Of a stretch of 64,000 nt of DNA, positions 1-10,140 are shown one piece after another. The notes beneath the pieces were generated by a model that worked only from the letters and a program-made list of their open reading frames with translations, was not told the DNA's origin and searched no databases. A program made the translations under genes and the position numbers. Numbering within the stretch: position 1 is the stretch's first letter; every line of letters starts with the position of its first letter. Location: NCBI GenBank assembly GCA_964631415.1, contig CAZVZC010000002.1, positions 79,362-143,361 of the forward strand, given 5' to 3'. This stretch comes from an uncultured archaeon (GTDB lineage: Archaea; Asgardarchaeota; Thorarchaeia; Thorarchaeales; Thorarchaeaceae).

Positions 1-127
1 CCAAGTCAACACAGTTCGTGGCCCATCTTGGCTTCATGGCAGCACGACTCATCTCAGCTCTGCTTCCTGTCTTGCCAAGAGGTAGAACTGGAACCTGCCC
101 CTCACACATAGTTGGCTTGCTGTATAT

Positions 128-1210
128 CTAGCGGGCCGGTTTTAGCAGCTCCCTAAGCTTCCTACCCTTGTACATCTCCATTCTCTTGCGAACGAACATC
201 AAAGCGACTATCCTGTGACTGAAGAGGATGGTCATGCGAGGGGTGAGGTATGTAACATTGGCACCTCCGAAGGCGCTAGGGAATCTTTCTCTGTAGCCAT
301 CGTCCCATTTCAGATAGTCGCCAATACTGTAGTGGTTGCCAAGCAGAAGGAGATTGTACCTGCCTTGCACTGTCCTAAAAGCAACAGGAACATGCGGGTC
401 GACCATGATATCGCGCATGATCTTTTCCGATTGTTTCTTTACTTCGACCAATGAGAGGGTCAGCATGCAATCTGGAGGAACGAAGTAACTGGGGAAGCTG
501 CAAACCGGGCGAGCGATGTACCCTTCGTCCATCAGCGAGGCAATCCGCTTTTCAACCGTCTTTCGATGCAAGCCGGTCTTCTTACATAGATGAGCCTCAT
601 TGATCTTGAGGCCAACTCCCGAACATAGACAATTCAGTATCTTGAAGTCTAGATCATTGAGCATGAACCCGCCGTTATTGTTAGTACCGTTTATTCGAGC
701 CTTTTCAATCATGAGAGCCAATCCAGAAGACGGTTCGTGCTTGATCGTTAGCTCGTTTGAGTGGTAGAATGAACTCGAAAGAAATGATGTAAGTTCCTCA
801 GGGATATTGTACTCTGTCCTCATGACTGACGGAAGTGATTCTCTCCAGCGGAGATAGCTTGTCAGGTTCTCATGGTATAGGAAGAGCAGGGTGTTGAAAT
901 CAGACTGTCTGGTTCGGAAGGCTGCGAATATGTATGGGTCTTCTCTTATCCACTTCTCGAACCGGACGTCATCTGGAGCCTCGAGATAAAGAATCACGAA
1001 CAGCGGATAGACCTTGCCCAATCCGACGAATGGAACGTATGGAGTATCCAGAATCCCATTGTCAATTATGGCCTTGACTCTGCCCATAATCGTGTGCCTG
1101 TGATGACCCAGTTCGCGAGAGAGCTCGCTAAGGTTTACACGTACAGCATCCCCGGACAACAACTCCTCTAGGATTACTAGATTGTTCTTGTCAGCTAGAA
1201 GATCTGGCAC
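128..1210 (-). CDS. Tandem (double) Lrp/AsnC-family transcriptional regulator
   Basis: Two internally homologous wHTH+RAM units (ILEELL..NLSELSRELG..TI..RV / ILNCL..INEAHLCKKTG..TVEKRI); divergent from gdh. Confidence 0.75.
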   Translation of the reverse strand: MPDLLADKNNLVILEELLSGDAVRVNLSELSRELGHHRHTIMGRVKAIIDNGILDTPYVPFVGLGKVYPLFVILYLEAPDDVRFEKWIREDPYIFAAFRTRQSDFNTLLFLYHENLTSYLRWRESLPSVMRTEYNIPEELTSFLSSSFYHSNELTIKHEPSSGLALMIEKARINGTNNNGGFMLNDLDFKILNCLCSGVGLKINEAHLCKKTGLHRKTVEKRIASLMDEGYIARPVCSFPSYFVPPDCMLTLSLVEVKKQSEKIMRDIMVDPHVPVAFRTVQGRYNLLLLGNHYSIGDYLKWDDGYRERFPSAFGGANVTYLTPRMTILFSHRIVALMFVRKRMEMYKGRKLRELLKPAR

Positions 1211-1465
1211 GCGACGGATGCCTCCGTGACATAATTAATACTTTCGCGTAGATGCAATGCCGGAAATGTCAGAAGACCGGCGGCGCTGCTGGGTGATATT
1301 CTTTACACATAGAATCTGGGGGAATGGTACGCAAGTGCACTCTCTGTGGCCCGATTGTACGCTTTCTGACACCACGGCTTGTCTGTGGGTCCGCCGGCCT
1401 TAAGTGTATTCCACTTGCCCGAAAAATCACAAGCTCTTGTAAACAACCCAAAGGAGCTAGAGAAC

Positions 1466-2692
1466 ATGGCAACATTGAAAGATGCATCGACAGAAGTCCA
1501 ATCGCAGCAGCTGGCTATGCTCGAGCGCATGCTCGAGGATGTTAACATTGCTGCTTTCAGTGACAAATGGGGCCCTGAGAAGGTCATTCGTGTCTATGAC
1601 CCACAACTCGGGATGGAAGGAATCCTTATCATAGACAACACCGCCCTAGGTCCCGGTAAGGGCGGATTCAGAATCAGAGCAGGCCTCACTCCACTTGAGG
1701 TGTTTGGTCTGGCCAGAACCATGACGTGGAAGTGCGCGCTTGCCAATCTTCCTTTCGGGGGAGCGAAGGGAGGAATAAGTGCAGATCCCTATTCGATCGA
1801 TAAGCAATCATACGTCAGAGCATTCGCGAAAGCGGTTTCGGCTCATGTACCAAACGAGTGGGTTTCTGCACCGGACATGAATGTCGGTGAGGAAGAAATC
1901 GCCGCCTTCGTTGAAGTGATTGGTGACAGGAAGGCCGCCACAGGAAAACCAGAGAGAATGGGAGGAATACCGCACGAGCTCGGAACGACTGGATTCGGAC
2001 TTGGAGTCACCATAGAAACAACCCTGAGCATGCTATCCGAATTCGTGCCAATCAAAGACACAGTTGATGGTCTAACCGTCGCAGTCCATGGATTCGGAAA
2101 TGTCGGGTCAGAGGTTGCTAAGTATCTCTCCCGAAAGGGTGCGAAAATCGTGGCTATAGGAGACTATTGGGGAGGAGCTTACAACTCAAAGGGCATTGAC
2201 ATTGATCAGGCAATGAAACATGCTTACGCAACCGATGATGCGCACTCCTGCAAGCACTGCAAAGGGGCCAAAGAGATTGGCAGGGACGATGTCCTCGAAG
2301 TGGAATGTGATGTACTGATACCAGCAGCAGTCGGAAACGTCATCACAGAGCGGAACGCGTCCAAGGTGAAGGCCGGACTCATTGTCGAAGGTGCAAACAA
2401 CCCGACAACATCAGCAGGCGAAGAGATACTCTTCAAGAGGGGAATCCTGGTGCTCCCGGACATGCTGGCTAACGCGGGAGGTGTGATAGGCTCCTACGCT
2501 GAGTATCTTGGCAAGAATATCGATGAGGCATTTGCAATGATTGATGCCAAGATTAGGGAGAACACAAAGCTAGTCCTGAGCAGCTCGATTAGCGGTGATG
2601 TCGTGATGCTTCCGAGGGCTGTCGCATTGATGATTGCCAAGGAGAGGGTCCTGAAGGCAACCGAGCGACGCATGAACAAGGGGAGTCATTGA
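1466..2692 (+). CDS. gdhA: Glu/Leu/Phe/Val dehydrogenase, likely glutamate dehydrogenase
   Basis: GPGKGGFR, MTWKCALANLPFGGAKGGI, APDMN, GFGNVG, EGANNP, PDMLANAGGV motifs; ATG 1466 after AAGGAG preferred to 1379. Confidence 0.92.
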   Translation: MATLKDASTEVQSQQLAMLERMLEDVNIAAFSDKWGPEKVIRVYDPQLGMEGILIIDNTALGPGKGGFRIRAGLTPLEVFGLARTMTWKCALANLPFGGAKGGISADPYSIDKQSYVRAFAKAVSAHVPNEWVSAPDMNVGEEEIAAFVEVIGDRKAATGKPERMGGIPHELGTTGFGLGVTIETTLSMLSEFVPIKDTVDGLTVAVHGFGNVGSEVAKYLSRKGAKIVAIGDYWGGAYNSKGIDIDQAMKHAYATDDAHSCKHCKGAKEIGRDDVLEVECDVLIPAAVGNVITERNASKVKAGLIVEGANNPTTSAGEEILFKRGILVLPDMLANAGGVIGSYAEYLGKNIDEAFAMIDAKIRENTKLVLSSSISGDVVMLPRAVALMIAKERVLKATERRMNKGSH

Positions 2693-2716
2693 GCAAGAAC
2701 AAGACGAGGTGAAAAA

Positions 2717-3001
2717 ATGGAAAAGAAGATGACTGTTGTGCTTCAAGCGCTAGATATGGCCAAGGGCTCTTGTCCACTGGGTTTCATTTCGCTGCACACA
2801 AACATAGCTGAGCCACTGCCGATTCTCGAGGCTCTCGAGAAGGCAGGGCTAGCTCGACGTGTCGAGTCTAGAGAGTGGTCGTTGGCTGCTGGCCCGCGAT
2901 TCGAGATCACCGAAAAGGCTCGCAAGCAGTTGAGAGAGATGGAGTCGGCCAGCCCTAAGGTTTCACTCAGCGTTGTTGAAGAGGCTCTAACTCATCATTG
3001 A
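2717..3001 (+). CDS. Small winged-helix protein
   Basis: LEALEKAGLARR...FEITEKAR wHTH pattern; GAGGTGA RBS; co-directional with gdh. Confidence 0.6.
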   Translation: MEKKMTVVLQALDMAKGSCPLGFISLHTNIAEPLPILEALEKAGLARRVESREWSLAAGPRFEITEKARKQLREMESASPKVSLSVVEEALTHH

Positions 3002-3448
3002 GCAGCCGAACGTGTCGATAGAACTTAGAACAGTGAGTGCCCCGAGGACGCTCGAATTCCCTGCGACAGCCGCTTCCTGAGTGCGCCCAAGTCGCGAGGA
3101 ATACCGGCGTCCTCCACATTATTCTCTCCAGCATACCGGGTGTGTTCTTGTTTCCAGTGCAAAGCCATGTGAGCCGCAGGAAGATTTGCTGACAATCATG
3201 CTTTTTCTCTGGCATTAGCAGGAACGGAAAGAATCCCTCAATGAGTCATTCTGATTGTGATTTTCGCGACCGTTGCTGTTGCCCTTCCTTCCAAGGTCTG
3301 AGAAGAGCAGCGATAAGATGCCCTGAGTGATTCCAAAATGCGCAACGTCAGATTGGCTGGACCCGTTGCGTGCAATGAATGTCAGCGAGTAGGGCTGATG
3401 AATCAATGACAATGGGAACAGTCATTAGCAACTGAAGATGGAGAAAGC

Positions 3449-4108
3449 GTGGGTTTCGATATTATGCCAGTGTTCGAGCAGGAGTGGATCTCTCCGATTC
3501 TCGAGGTATACAAGAAGAGGAAGATTGAGGACCCTCTCACCGTCATCCTTGGGCTCAATCCCATCGGTCAAGTCCTATGCAGACGCCTGTATGAAGAGAT
3601 TCATTTCGAAACCGTCTTGGTGTTCAATTCCCCACAGTTCACAACATGGAACCGCTATCCGGCTGACGTCAGGCCGCCAGTCGTCCCTGTGCATGGAATG
3701 ATATCTAATGATCTCATGATGGTCTTCGGCGACGTTGTGATCAAAGACTACGAGTGGCTTGCTGATATGCTGTTCTACCTGCGTGGCTGCGTGCCAATCA
3801 ATCACACAATTGCCTTCATGACTCATGACGGTCCCACTTGTGGATTGGCGCTCTCTAGGAAGGGGGAGAGACTGCTCAAACGTATGGAGGTTTCAGCAGG
3901 GAGACCTAACTTCTATGATGGGCTTACTGGACCCTTGATTAGTGTGGGAGATGTCGCGGACATTGATCCAGTCGTCATATTCCTAGAAGAGGAGCCGGAA
4001 ACAGAAGTGATCCTCCAGGTGGATGAGATAGTCGTGACTCAGGCTGATCTTGACAAAGCCAGGCTGCTGCTCTCAAAAGGACTGGACTTGAAAATTCCAA
4101 CACTGTAG
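3449..4108 (+). CDS. Divergent PAC2 (proteasome assembly chaperone)-like protein
   Basis: VILGLNPIGQVLCRRL, MMVFGD, GLTGPLISVG..IDPVVIFLEE follow the PAC2/PbaB layout; weak similarity judged by eye. Confidence 0.45.
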   Translation: MGFDIMPVFEQEWISPILEVYKKRKIEDPLTVILGLNPIGQVLCRRLYEEIHFETVLVFNSPQFTTWNRYPADVRPPVVPVHGMISNDLMMVFGDVVIKDYEWLADMLFYLRGCVPINHTIAFMTHDGPTCGLALSRKGERLLKRMEVSAGRPNFYDGLTGPLISVGDVADIDPVVIFLEEEPETEVILQVDEIVVTQADLDKARLLLSKGLDLKIPTL

Positions 4109-4158
4109 GTCCGATGCCCAACACTCGATAGCGTAGACATGTCGCTGGAATCGGAATC

Positions 4159-4884
4159 TTATTCCACAGGGTTGCCATCTTCGGCCCGACCATAGCCGAC
4201 ACGTTCTCTTTCCTTTGGCGAAGACAAGCCCATCCCAGGAAGGGCGTGGGCCATTCTCGCGTCACACTGCGGACACACCAGTGCCCTCGTTTCACCCAGC
4301 CCGACTATTCTGCCGCATGAAATGCATGTCCAGAGCCCTCCCTGGTACAGTTTGGTCTTGCGAAAAACAGACCGGGCCATTGGAACCAAAGACTCGGGGC
4401 AGTTTCTTGCCACGCCGTGAATTCCATCCTTGGACCACTCACATACTAGAGACACTAGAGTTGTGAGCAGCTCTATTATCCTAGTTGTGTCCTCATCCAC
4501 TTCCAACGATACTCCGTCAGCAATGTTACGAGGTGCATCGGGAATCGCTGACAGAAGTTCGAGGAAAGCGAAGAAGGCTGGAGGTGGCAGAGCGTCTTTG
4601 CCCTTCGACTCCATCATGCGCGCAAGGACTGCAGACATCATGAGAGTACGTGAGTAGTTCCTCTGCAGGATACCCAAGGCCTCGTCTGCAATCGACTTGG
4701 GGTTCAGCTTGTATCCGTCAGGATCCAGGCCGACCTCCCGTGCTATCGAATCCACAGAGTGGACAAAGCTCTCTCCTCTTCTCATCTCTTTGTTCACACG
4801 CAGAGCCAATTGCCTGTAGTCTAGGCCCGAGTCATTTGCGAGCTTTCGGAGCAAGTCACGAGCAGTAACACTCAATGGACACAC
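4159..4884 (-). CDS. Hypothetical helical protein with C-terminal zinc ribbon
   Basis: 241-aa ORF with WTCISCG...VCPQC. Confidence 0.65.
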   Translation of the reverse strand: MCPLSVTARDLLRKLANDSGLDYRQLALRVNKEMRRGESFVHSVDSIAREVGLDPDGYKLNPKSIADEALGILQRNYSRTLMMSAVLARMMESKGKDALPPPAFFAFLELLSAIPDAPRNIADGVSLEVDEDTTRIIELLTTLVSLVCEWSKDGIHGVARNCPESLVPMARSVFRKTKLYQGGLWTCISCGRIVGLGETRALVCPQCDARMAHALPGMGLSSPKERERVGYGRAEDGNPVE

Positions 4885-5047
4885 GTACCTGCGGCGGCAT
4901 GTGCTCTAGCGACAGGAGTCACTTTAGGTTGTCGTATGGGAAGAGTGCACTGACCGGGAATCGCAGCGGGCCATCTAGTCCAACCGAAGGACACACCCAG
5001 TTGTGGGGCAACTCTCATAAAGGGGGATGTCGCGCGAGTAAGTCAGT

Positions 5048-6034
5048 ATGAAGAAGTACGACGTAGTTCTTGCCAGCGGGGCTGACCATCTGAGAACGAG
5101 ATTCGAGAAGCTCGGATATCGTGTGTTCGGCTGTGGAATGAACTACGACGGGCGCCACATGTTCCCGAATGCAGACATATACGCCCGAATACCTGATGTG
5201 ACCCAGATGTCGGACCGGAGAGTCGTGGTTATCCAGAGCTGCACTGGTTCAAGTCCTGTTGAGAAAGAGGTGTTCACAACCTCTGATCGCCTAGTTGAGC
5301 TACTGCTGATGCTGGACAGTCTGACTCACCCCGTGGAAGTGGAGGAAATGGCCCACAAGGAATACAGGACGAGGTCCATTCCTCCGCCCTCACATGTGGA
5401 AGTCGTGCTGACATTCCAGCCATTTGCTCTGCAGGACAAGGCATTCAAGACAGGAGAAGCGGTTTCCTGCAGGTGGGCCGCAAACCAGATAGCAGGTGCC
5501 TGCAACAAGGTGTGGGTAGTGAATCCTCACGCACCGGATAGCTTGGATTGGGTCAAGGCCCTAGACGGCAAAGGCCTCTACGAAGAGATAGACATAACAC
5601 ACGACCTTGTGAAGTTCGGAGCAGCAAAGTTTGACTTTCATGACTATACTGTCATCACCCCTGATGAAGGCGGCCAAGAGCGATTCGCTGTCGAGGGGTT
5701 CGGAAAACACCGTCGCGACTCCTATACCGTGGAGCTTGAGGGGGAGGTTGGGGTCAAAGGCAAGAACGTCATAGTCCTAGATGACTTGACAAAGAGCGGA
5801 AGTACTCTGCTGAAAGCATCCGAGAAGATCTATGCCCAAGGGGCCTCAGATGTTGGACTCGCGGTTGTTCATGTAATGCCGCTTCTTGAGAAGGGTGAAC
5901 AACTGCTTGAGAACCTTGTCGAAAAGAGCAAGGGAAGGATTGTGACGTCCAATACAATCAGAACTCGGACTTTCTGTGATTGCAGGCCAGACAGCACATA
6001 CAACGTGGTCGATTCACTGGTCAAGGTTCTCTGA
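5048..6034 (+). CDS. prs: Ribose-phosphate pyrophosphokinase (PRPP synthetase), divergent
   Basis: FPNADIYARI, PFALQDK..GEA, VNPH, TPDEGG, VIVLDDLTKSGSTL (PRPP loop), IVTSNTI. Confidence 0.8.
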   Translation: MKKYDVVLASGADHLRTRFEKLGYRVFGCGMNYDGRHMFPNADIYARIPDVTQMSDRRVVVIQSCTGSSPVEKEVFTTSDRLVELLLMLDSLTHPVEVEEMAHKEYRTRSIPPPSHVEVVLTFQPFALQDKAFKTGEAVSCRWAANQIAGACNKVWVVNPHAPDSLDWVKALDGKGLYEEIDITHDLVKFGAAKFDFHDYTVITPDEGGQERFAVEGFGKHRRDSYTVELEGEVGVKGKNVIVLDDLTKSGSTLLKASEKIYAQGASDVGLAVVHVMPLLEKGEQLLENLVEKSKGRIVTSNTIRTRTFCDCRPDSTYNVVDSLVKVL

Positions 6035-6140
6035 TTCGTGTGAGAAGGCACTCGCCTGTCGGCAACAATAAATAACCAGCTGCGCCAAGACGCATCATTG
6101 ACCAAGCACCTCTCCAGATTGGGTGAATGTGGTGGTCTAA

Positions 6141-7733
6141 ATGGTCCGACAGATAGGGATGTGTTACCTTGGCTCAAGGTCCGCAGCAGACCTTACGCCT
6201 GAACCAGCCAGAGTTGCCCTTGTCATTGCTTTCATGCTCGCAGAGTCGCATGGGGGAGGGAGTAAGATCTCAATCCTCGCTCCTGTTTCAATCCCCTACT
6301 GGTTGGTCCAGGTGTCGGCTAGGGAGTCCATTCTCCTTTCCGGAGTGACAGATCGGACGCAGAGCATTGAGTTCACTGACAACACTGCACTGAACACTGT
6401 CAGGAAGATACTCAGCAGCGAAACAGCTGAAGCGAAGAACATACCAGATGTGGTAGAGCGGGTGTTGGCGGCTCTGGGCAGTGTTGAGAGGAAGAAGCAA
6501 TACGTCAAGCACATCGAACAGGCAGGCTCCTTGGCACGTATCGGTAGATGGATGCAAGAAACAGAGATGACGGCGAAGCCTCGCAGACTTGATCTCAAAC
6601 TTGATTCTCAGGGGGCACTCGCTATCAGTGAGCAGTTCAGGCAGCTGAAAGACACAGCGGAGAGGCGGCTCGCCACCATGGAAGAGATTCAGAAGCTGAT
6701 GAAGGAGAAGGTTGGTGCTCAAGCGGGCACTCTCGCAAGCATTGTCAAGAGAGACCGGGAGCGCAAGAAGAAACAGTCTCAGTCTTTGGAGGAGATTGCA
6801 GAACTCGAAACATCTGAGATTTCAGATAAGACAAGAGACATCCTGCAGGCCCTTGAGGAGAAGCACAGGATGGAACTCCGGGCCCTCACGGCCGAGTTCG
6901 CAAGAACGAGTTCGTCGCTTGAACAGTTCTTCAGCCAGGTTCTTGAAAGCATACGACAATCAAGGATAGTGATTGGTCAGAAGGCAGAAAACGTCGTTGG
7001 CGCGGTCGAGGAGTTCAGGAAGCTGGCAAGCCTCCTCGCTCAGAATGTGCCAAAGTATGCGGACTCATTGCGTGGACTGGAGGAGAAGGCTCAGGACATG
7101 CTCAACCGCTCAAGACAACTCGCAGAGGCCCTGAAAGAGCAGAAAGTCAAGGCCACACAGTCTCATGATGCTCTGATAAGGGAGCACAGACATCGTATTG
7201 TCGACTTTGACCTCGAAAGGAATCAAAGCGAAAACGAATCCGAGGAACTGCTAGATCGCGTGAAGACTTCCGTCGCAAGGATTGAAACAGCCTTGGAACA
7301 GAGAGTGCAGGAACTAAGAGCAGAGCTCCGTCAGCTCTCGACATTCGCATTCGAGAGCAGCCTTGTCAGGGGAGCAGCGCCACTGACACTGGTCGACATC
7401 AACACATATGTGGCATTGTACCAAAACGGGGACCTGAGAGTGTTCGGCCCGAACATCCTGCCATCCGACAGGTTTGGCATCCCATTCACAGAGTTGCCTG
7501 TTGAGCCCGCTTTAGATGACTACTTGCAGAAGGTAATTGTGGATCTCTCTGAAGCGAGTACTGAGTTCAAGAACGGTCTGAGGAGGGCACTCAACGAGTG
7601 CAACCTGCTTGGAGATGCCAAGGCGCGGGAAGAACTTGCAGACGGTCTGCAACAGCTACAGGCTAGGCAGCTGCTGAAGGAAGGAGTGGCAGAAGCTGTG
7701 TCAGCAGCTTGGAACAGGCAAGCTGGCAGATGA
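6141..7733 (+). CDS. Long coiled-coil protein with globular ends; C-terminal zinc ribbon apparently lost
   Basis: Heptad-rich central ~270 aa; in-frame degenerate zinc-ribbon remnant after the TGA (7734-7802). Confidence 0.75.
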   Translation: MVRQIGMCYLGSRSAADLTPEPARVALVIAFMLAESHGGGSKISILAPVSIPYWLVQVSARESILLSGVTDRTQSIEFTDNTALNTVRKILSSETAEAKNIPDVVERVLAALGSVERKKQYVKHIEQAGSLARIGRWMQETEMTAKPRRLDLKLDSQGALAISEQFRQLKDTAERRLATMEEIQKLMKEKVGAQAGTLASIVKRDRERKKKQSQSLEEIAELETSEISDKTRDILQALEEKHRMELRALTAEFARTSSSLEQFFSQVLESIRQSRIVIGQKAENVVGAVEEFRKLASLLAQNVPKYADSLRGLEEKAQDMLNRSRQLAEALKEQKVKATQSHDALIREHRHRIVDFDLERNQSENESEELLDRVKTSVARIETALEQRVQELRAELRQLSTFAFESSLVRGAAPLTLVDINTYVALYQNGDLRVFGPNILPSDRFGIPFTELPVEPALDDYLQKVIVDLSEASTEFKNGLRRALNECNLLGDAKAREELADGLQQLQARQLLKEGVAEAVSAAWNRQAGR

Positions 7734-7804
7734 TCCGAGTCCGATTCGGCTATGGTCACCGGAACCGATTTCAACTCCAGTTGCGGCACGAGGCTGAGTT
7801 GAAC

Positions 7805-8038
7805 TCACTGGGCTTCTGACTGGCCTTTTGAAGTGGCCACCCAAGTCTTCGCGGTGAACCTCTCCACAAGGCCTCTCTTCTCGAGCTCCAGCAGAGCCTG
7901 GGTCACTTGATTCTGATCGCAGGGGAATCGATGGGAAACGAGCACTCTCGTTATCGCAGACGGCCTGTGGCTGTCTTTGCTAACCAGAGTGAGAACTCTC
8001 TGCTGAATGTCTGTCAGATCGGTGCTCATGGTCGTCAC
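7805..8038 (-). CDS. Small winged-helix protein
   Basis: LTDIQQRVLTLV...QVTQALLELEKRGLVE...WVATSKG. Confidence 0.7.
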   Translation of the reverse strand: MTTMSTDLTDIQQRVLTLVSKDSHRPSAITRVLVSHRFPCDQNQVTQALLELEKRGLVERFTAKTWVATSKGQSEAQ

Positions 8039-8216
8039 TCAAGCCCGACCCCGGTCTGATTCTTTTAAGGGTGTCGGAGTGGAAGCATGTGCTAGGAGGG
8101 GAGAATCGCAGCGGCATGGTCAGATTGATGGGATGCATCTTTCCAAGTGCTTTGGTGAGCATGCTGCGAAATCCTTTTTATCAGACCTCATGACGCCGAC
8201 AAGGGTGGATGCCCCG

Positions 8217-8969
8217 ATGACCCAAGAAAGAGAGTATCACATATCGATTGCACCTGGAGAGATGCCGCCCTCAGTGCTGCTACCGGGAGACCCTGATAGG
8301 GCCCGACTGATTGCAGAGAAGTTCTTCAAGAAGCCAACGGAAGTCGCGCACAAGAGAGAGTACTGGAGCTTTAGAGGTGAGTACGAAGGAGTACCTGTGG
8401 GTGTCTGCTCGACGGGCATAGGATGCCCTTCTGCGGCAATCGCCCTCGAAGAGCTCATCAGAGTTGGTTGCAGGACATTCATACGAGTCGGGACTGCTGG
8501 CGCAATCGATCCGTCATTGAACGCTGGTGACCTCGTGATATTCACAGGGGTTGTGAGAGACGACGGCACATCCAGGCAATACGTCCCCATTGAGTTCCCG
8601 GCAGTGGCCGATCCCGGGCTGGTGATGGCGCTCAGCGATTCGGCCGGAAGAAGAGGGGCAAGATATCGAACGGGTATCGGTCATACCAAGGATGCATTCT
8701 ACAGCGAGCACCCGGGACTGGTTGCTGACCCGGACCAGATGAAAGGCCGATGGGATATGCTACGCCGGGCAAACGTCATAGCGACAGAGATGGAGTCTGC
8801 CGCACTTTTCGTCATAGGGCAGCTGAGAGGTGTCAGGGTAGGCTCTATCTGCGTTATAGTTGGCGAGCCAATAGACAAGGAGTCCAGAATCACCGGAAAA
8901 CCTCGCATAGATGAGCTCACGTACATCGCTCTTGATGCTCTCAAGAAGGTTGGAACAGGCCCGAAATGA
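8217..8969 (+). CDS. udp: Uridine/nucleoside phosphorylase
   Basis: YHI, LLPGDPDRA, STGIGCPSAAIALEEL, IRVGTAG, ATEMESAALF; start ATG 8217. Confidence 0.92.
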   Translation: MTQEREYHISIAPGEMPPSVLLPGDPDRARLIAEKFFKKPTEVAHKREYWSFRGEYEGVPVGVCSTGIGCPSAAIALEELIRVGCRTFIRVGTAGAIDPSLNAGDLVIFTGVVRDDGTSRQYVPIEFPAVADPGLVMALSDSAGRRGARYRTGIGHTKDAFYSEHPGLVADPDQMKGRWDMLRRANVIATEMESAALFVIGQLRGVRVGSICVIVGEPIDKESRITGKPRIDELTYIALDALKKVGTGPK

Positions 8970-8986
8970 GCTTGTCAACGCGGTGG

Positions 8987-9766
8987 CTAGATGCCGCCAA
9001 ACCACACTCTCTTCTGCGCAGCCATGAGTAGGGCGTCGGCAGTCTTCTTGTCTACACCTATCATGGTGGCCAGCTGATCCGGACCAGTTCCGACAAGGTC
9101 CTCCACAGTGGCAATGCCTGCACCTATGACGCCTTTTATGATCCCATCAGGTGCACCAATCTCTGTCAGTAGATCCCTCAACTTCGTCACACTCTTCTCA
9201 TCGGCCACCGGCGCCGCAACACCCGGCATCTCAGCCTCAATCGATTCTTCCTCGGTATCAGGCTTCGGTTCGACAGGTACTGGTTTGGCAGGTTCCGCTG
9301 CAGATGTCTTCCTTCTTATGAAGGACGGGCGCAGGATAAGAACCCCCAGCAATGGAAGCACGATGAATGCAGGAATCAGCAGCACAGAGTCGATTCGGCC
9401 ACCGATGATACTACCTCCCGGTCCGAGAAACGGCAGACCTTCGACTCCAGCAAGCAACACTTGAAGCCACGAGTCGCCAGACAGTTCTGTGGCAAGTGCA
9501 AACCAGAATGGCGTGAACAGAGCTAGGCCGCCAATCTCGAACAGGAACGCTTCCTTGAGAATGCTCCGACGTGCAAAGTACAGAATCAAAAGCGGAGCTA
9601 TTAAGATCACGACGGACACGACAACCCAGATCATGAAGATATCCCAAATCGCCACCAACACATCAGGGTCGGTTTCACCCACTCCCATCAGTTTGATGAA
9701 AGCACTTACCATGAAAACAATCCCAGGCAAAAGAGCACCGTAGAGAACTCCTAGTGCGTACCTCAA
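8987..9766 (-). CDS. Four-TM membrane protein with C-terminal helix-hairpin-helix domain
   Basis: Four hydrophobic segments, Pro/Glu linker, GIATVEDL...LATMIGVDKKTA (HhH); TTG start after GAGGTG. Confidence 0.7.
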   Translation of the reverse strand: MRYALGVLYGALLPGIVFMVSAFIKLMGVGETDPDVLVAIWDIFMIWVVVSVVILIAPLLILYFARRSILKEAFLFEIGGLALFTPFWFALATELSGDSWLQVLLAGVEGLPFLGPGGSIIGGRIDSVLLIPAFIVLPLLGVLILRPSFIRRKTSAAEPAKPVPVEPKPDTEEESIEAEMPGVAAPVADEKSVTKLRDLLTEIGAPDGIIKGVIGAGIATVEDLVGTGPDQLATMIGVDKKTADALLMAAQKRVWFGGI

Positions 9767-10140
9767 GTAGTTACACCTCAACCTCTCTGGGGTTGGCTAG
9801 TGTCGGTCCACGGACTTAAAGACATTGCGAGAAAAGTGGCCCCGATTCTCCAGACCATCGATGGATGTCCGCGAAGAGGCGCCAGAAAAATAGCAGGTTC
9901 GCTTCGTGGTTGCTTGAGGGGGAAGATGTGTGCATTCTCTGTAGGGAGAACTCGTCGCTGCAGGACGAGAAACGCTTGATTGGCGCCTCCTCGACAGGAC
10001 TGTATGTAGAAACTGGAACACAAATATAGACTTTGTGATATATTCGCGACAATTCGGGCACCGTATTGCGAATCCCGCAGTATCCTCAGCTAGGTCAAGG
10101 CGCTAATCGTAACCTTAAATATCGTTCATGACGAGTGGTT

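Noticed and set aside
9778-10061. Three overlapping short minus-strand ORFs
   Set aside because: No motifs, atypical composition, mutually overlapping; likely non-coding.
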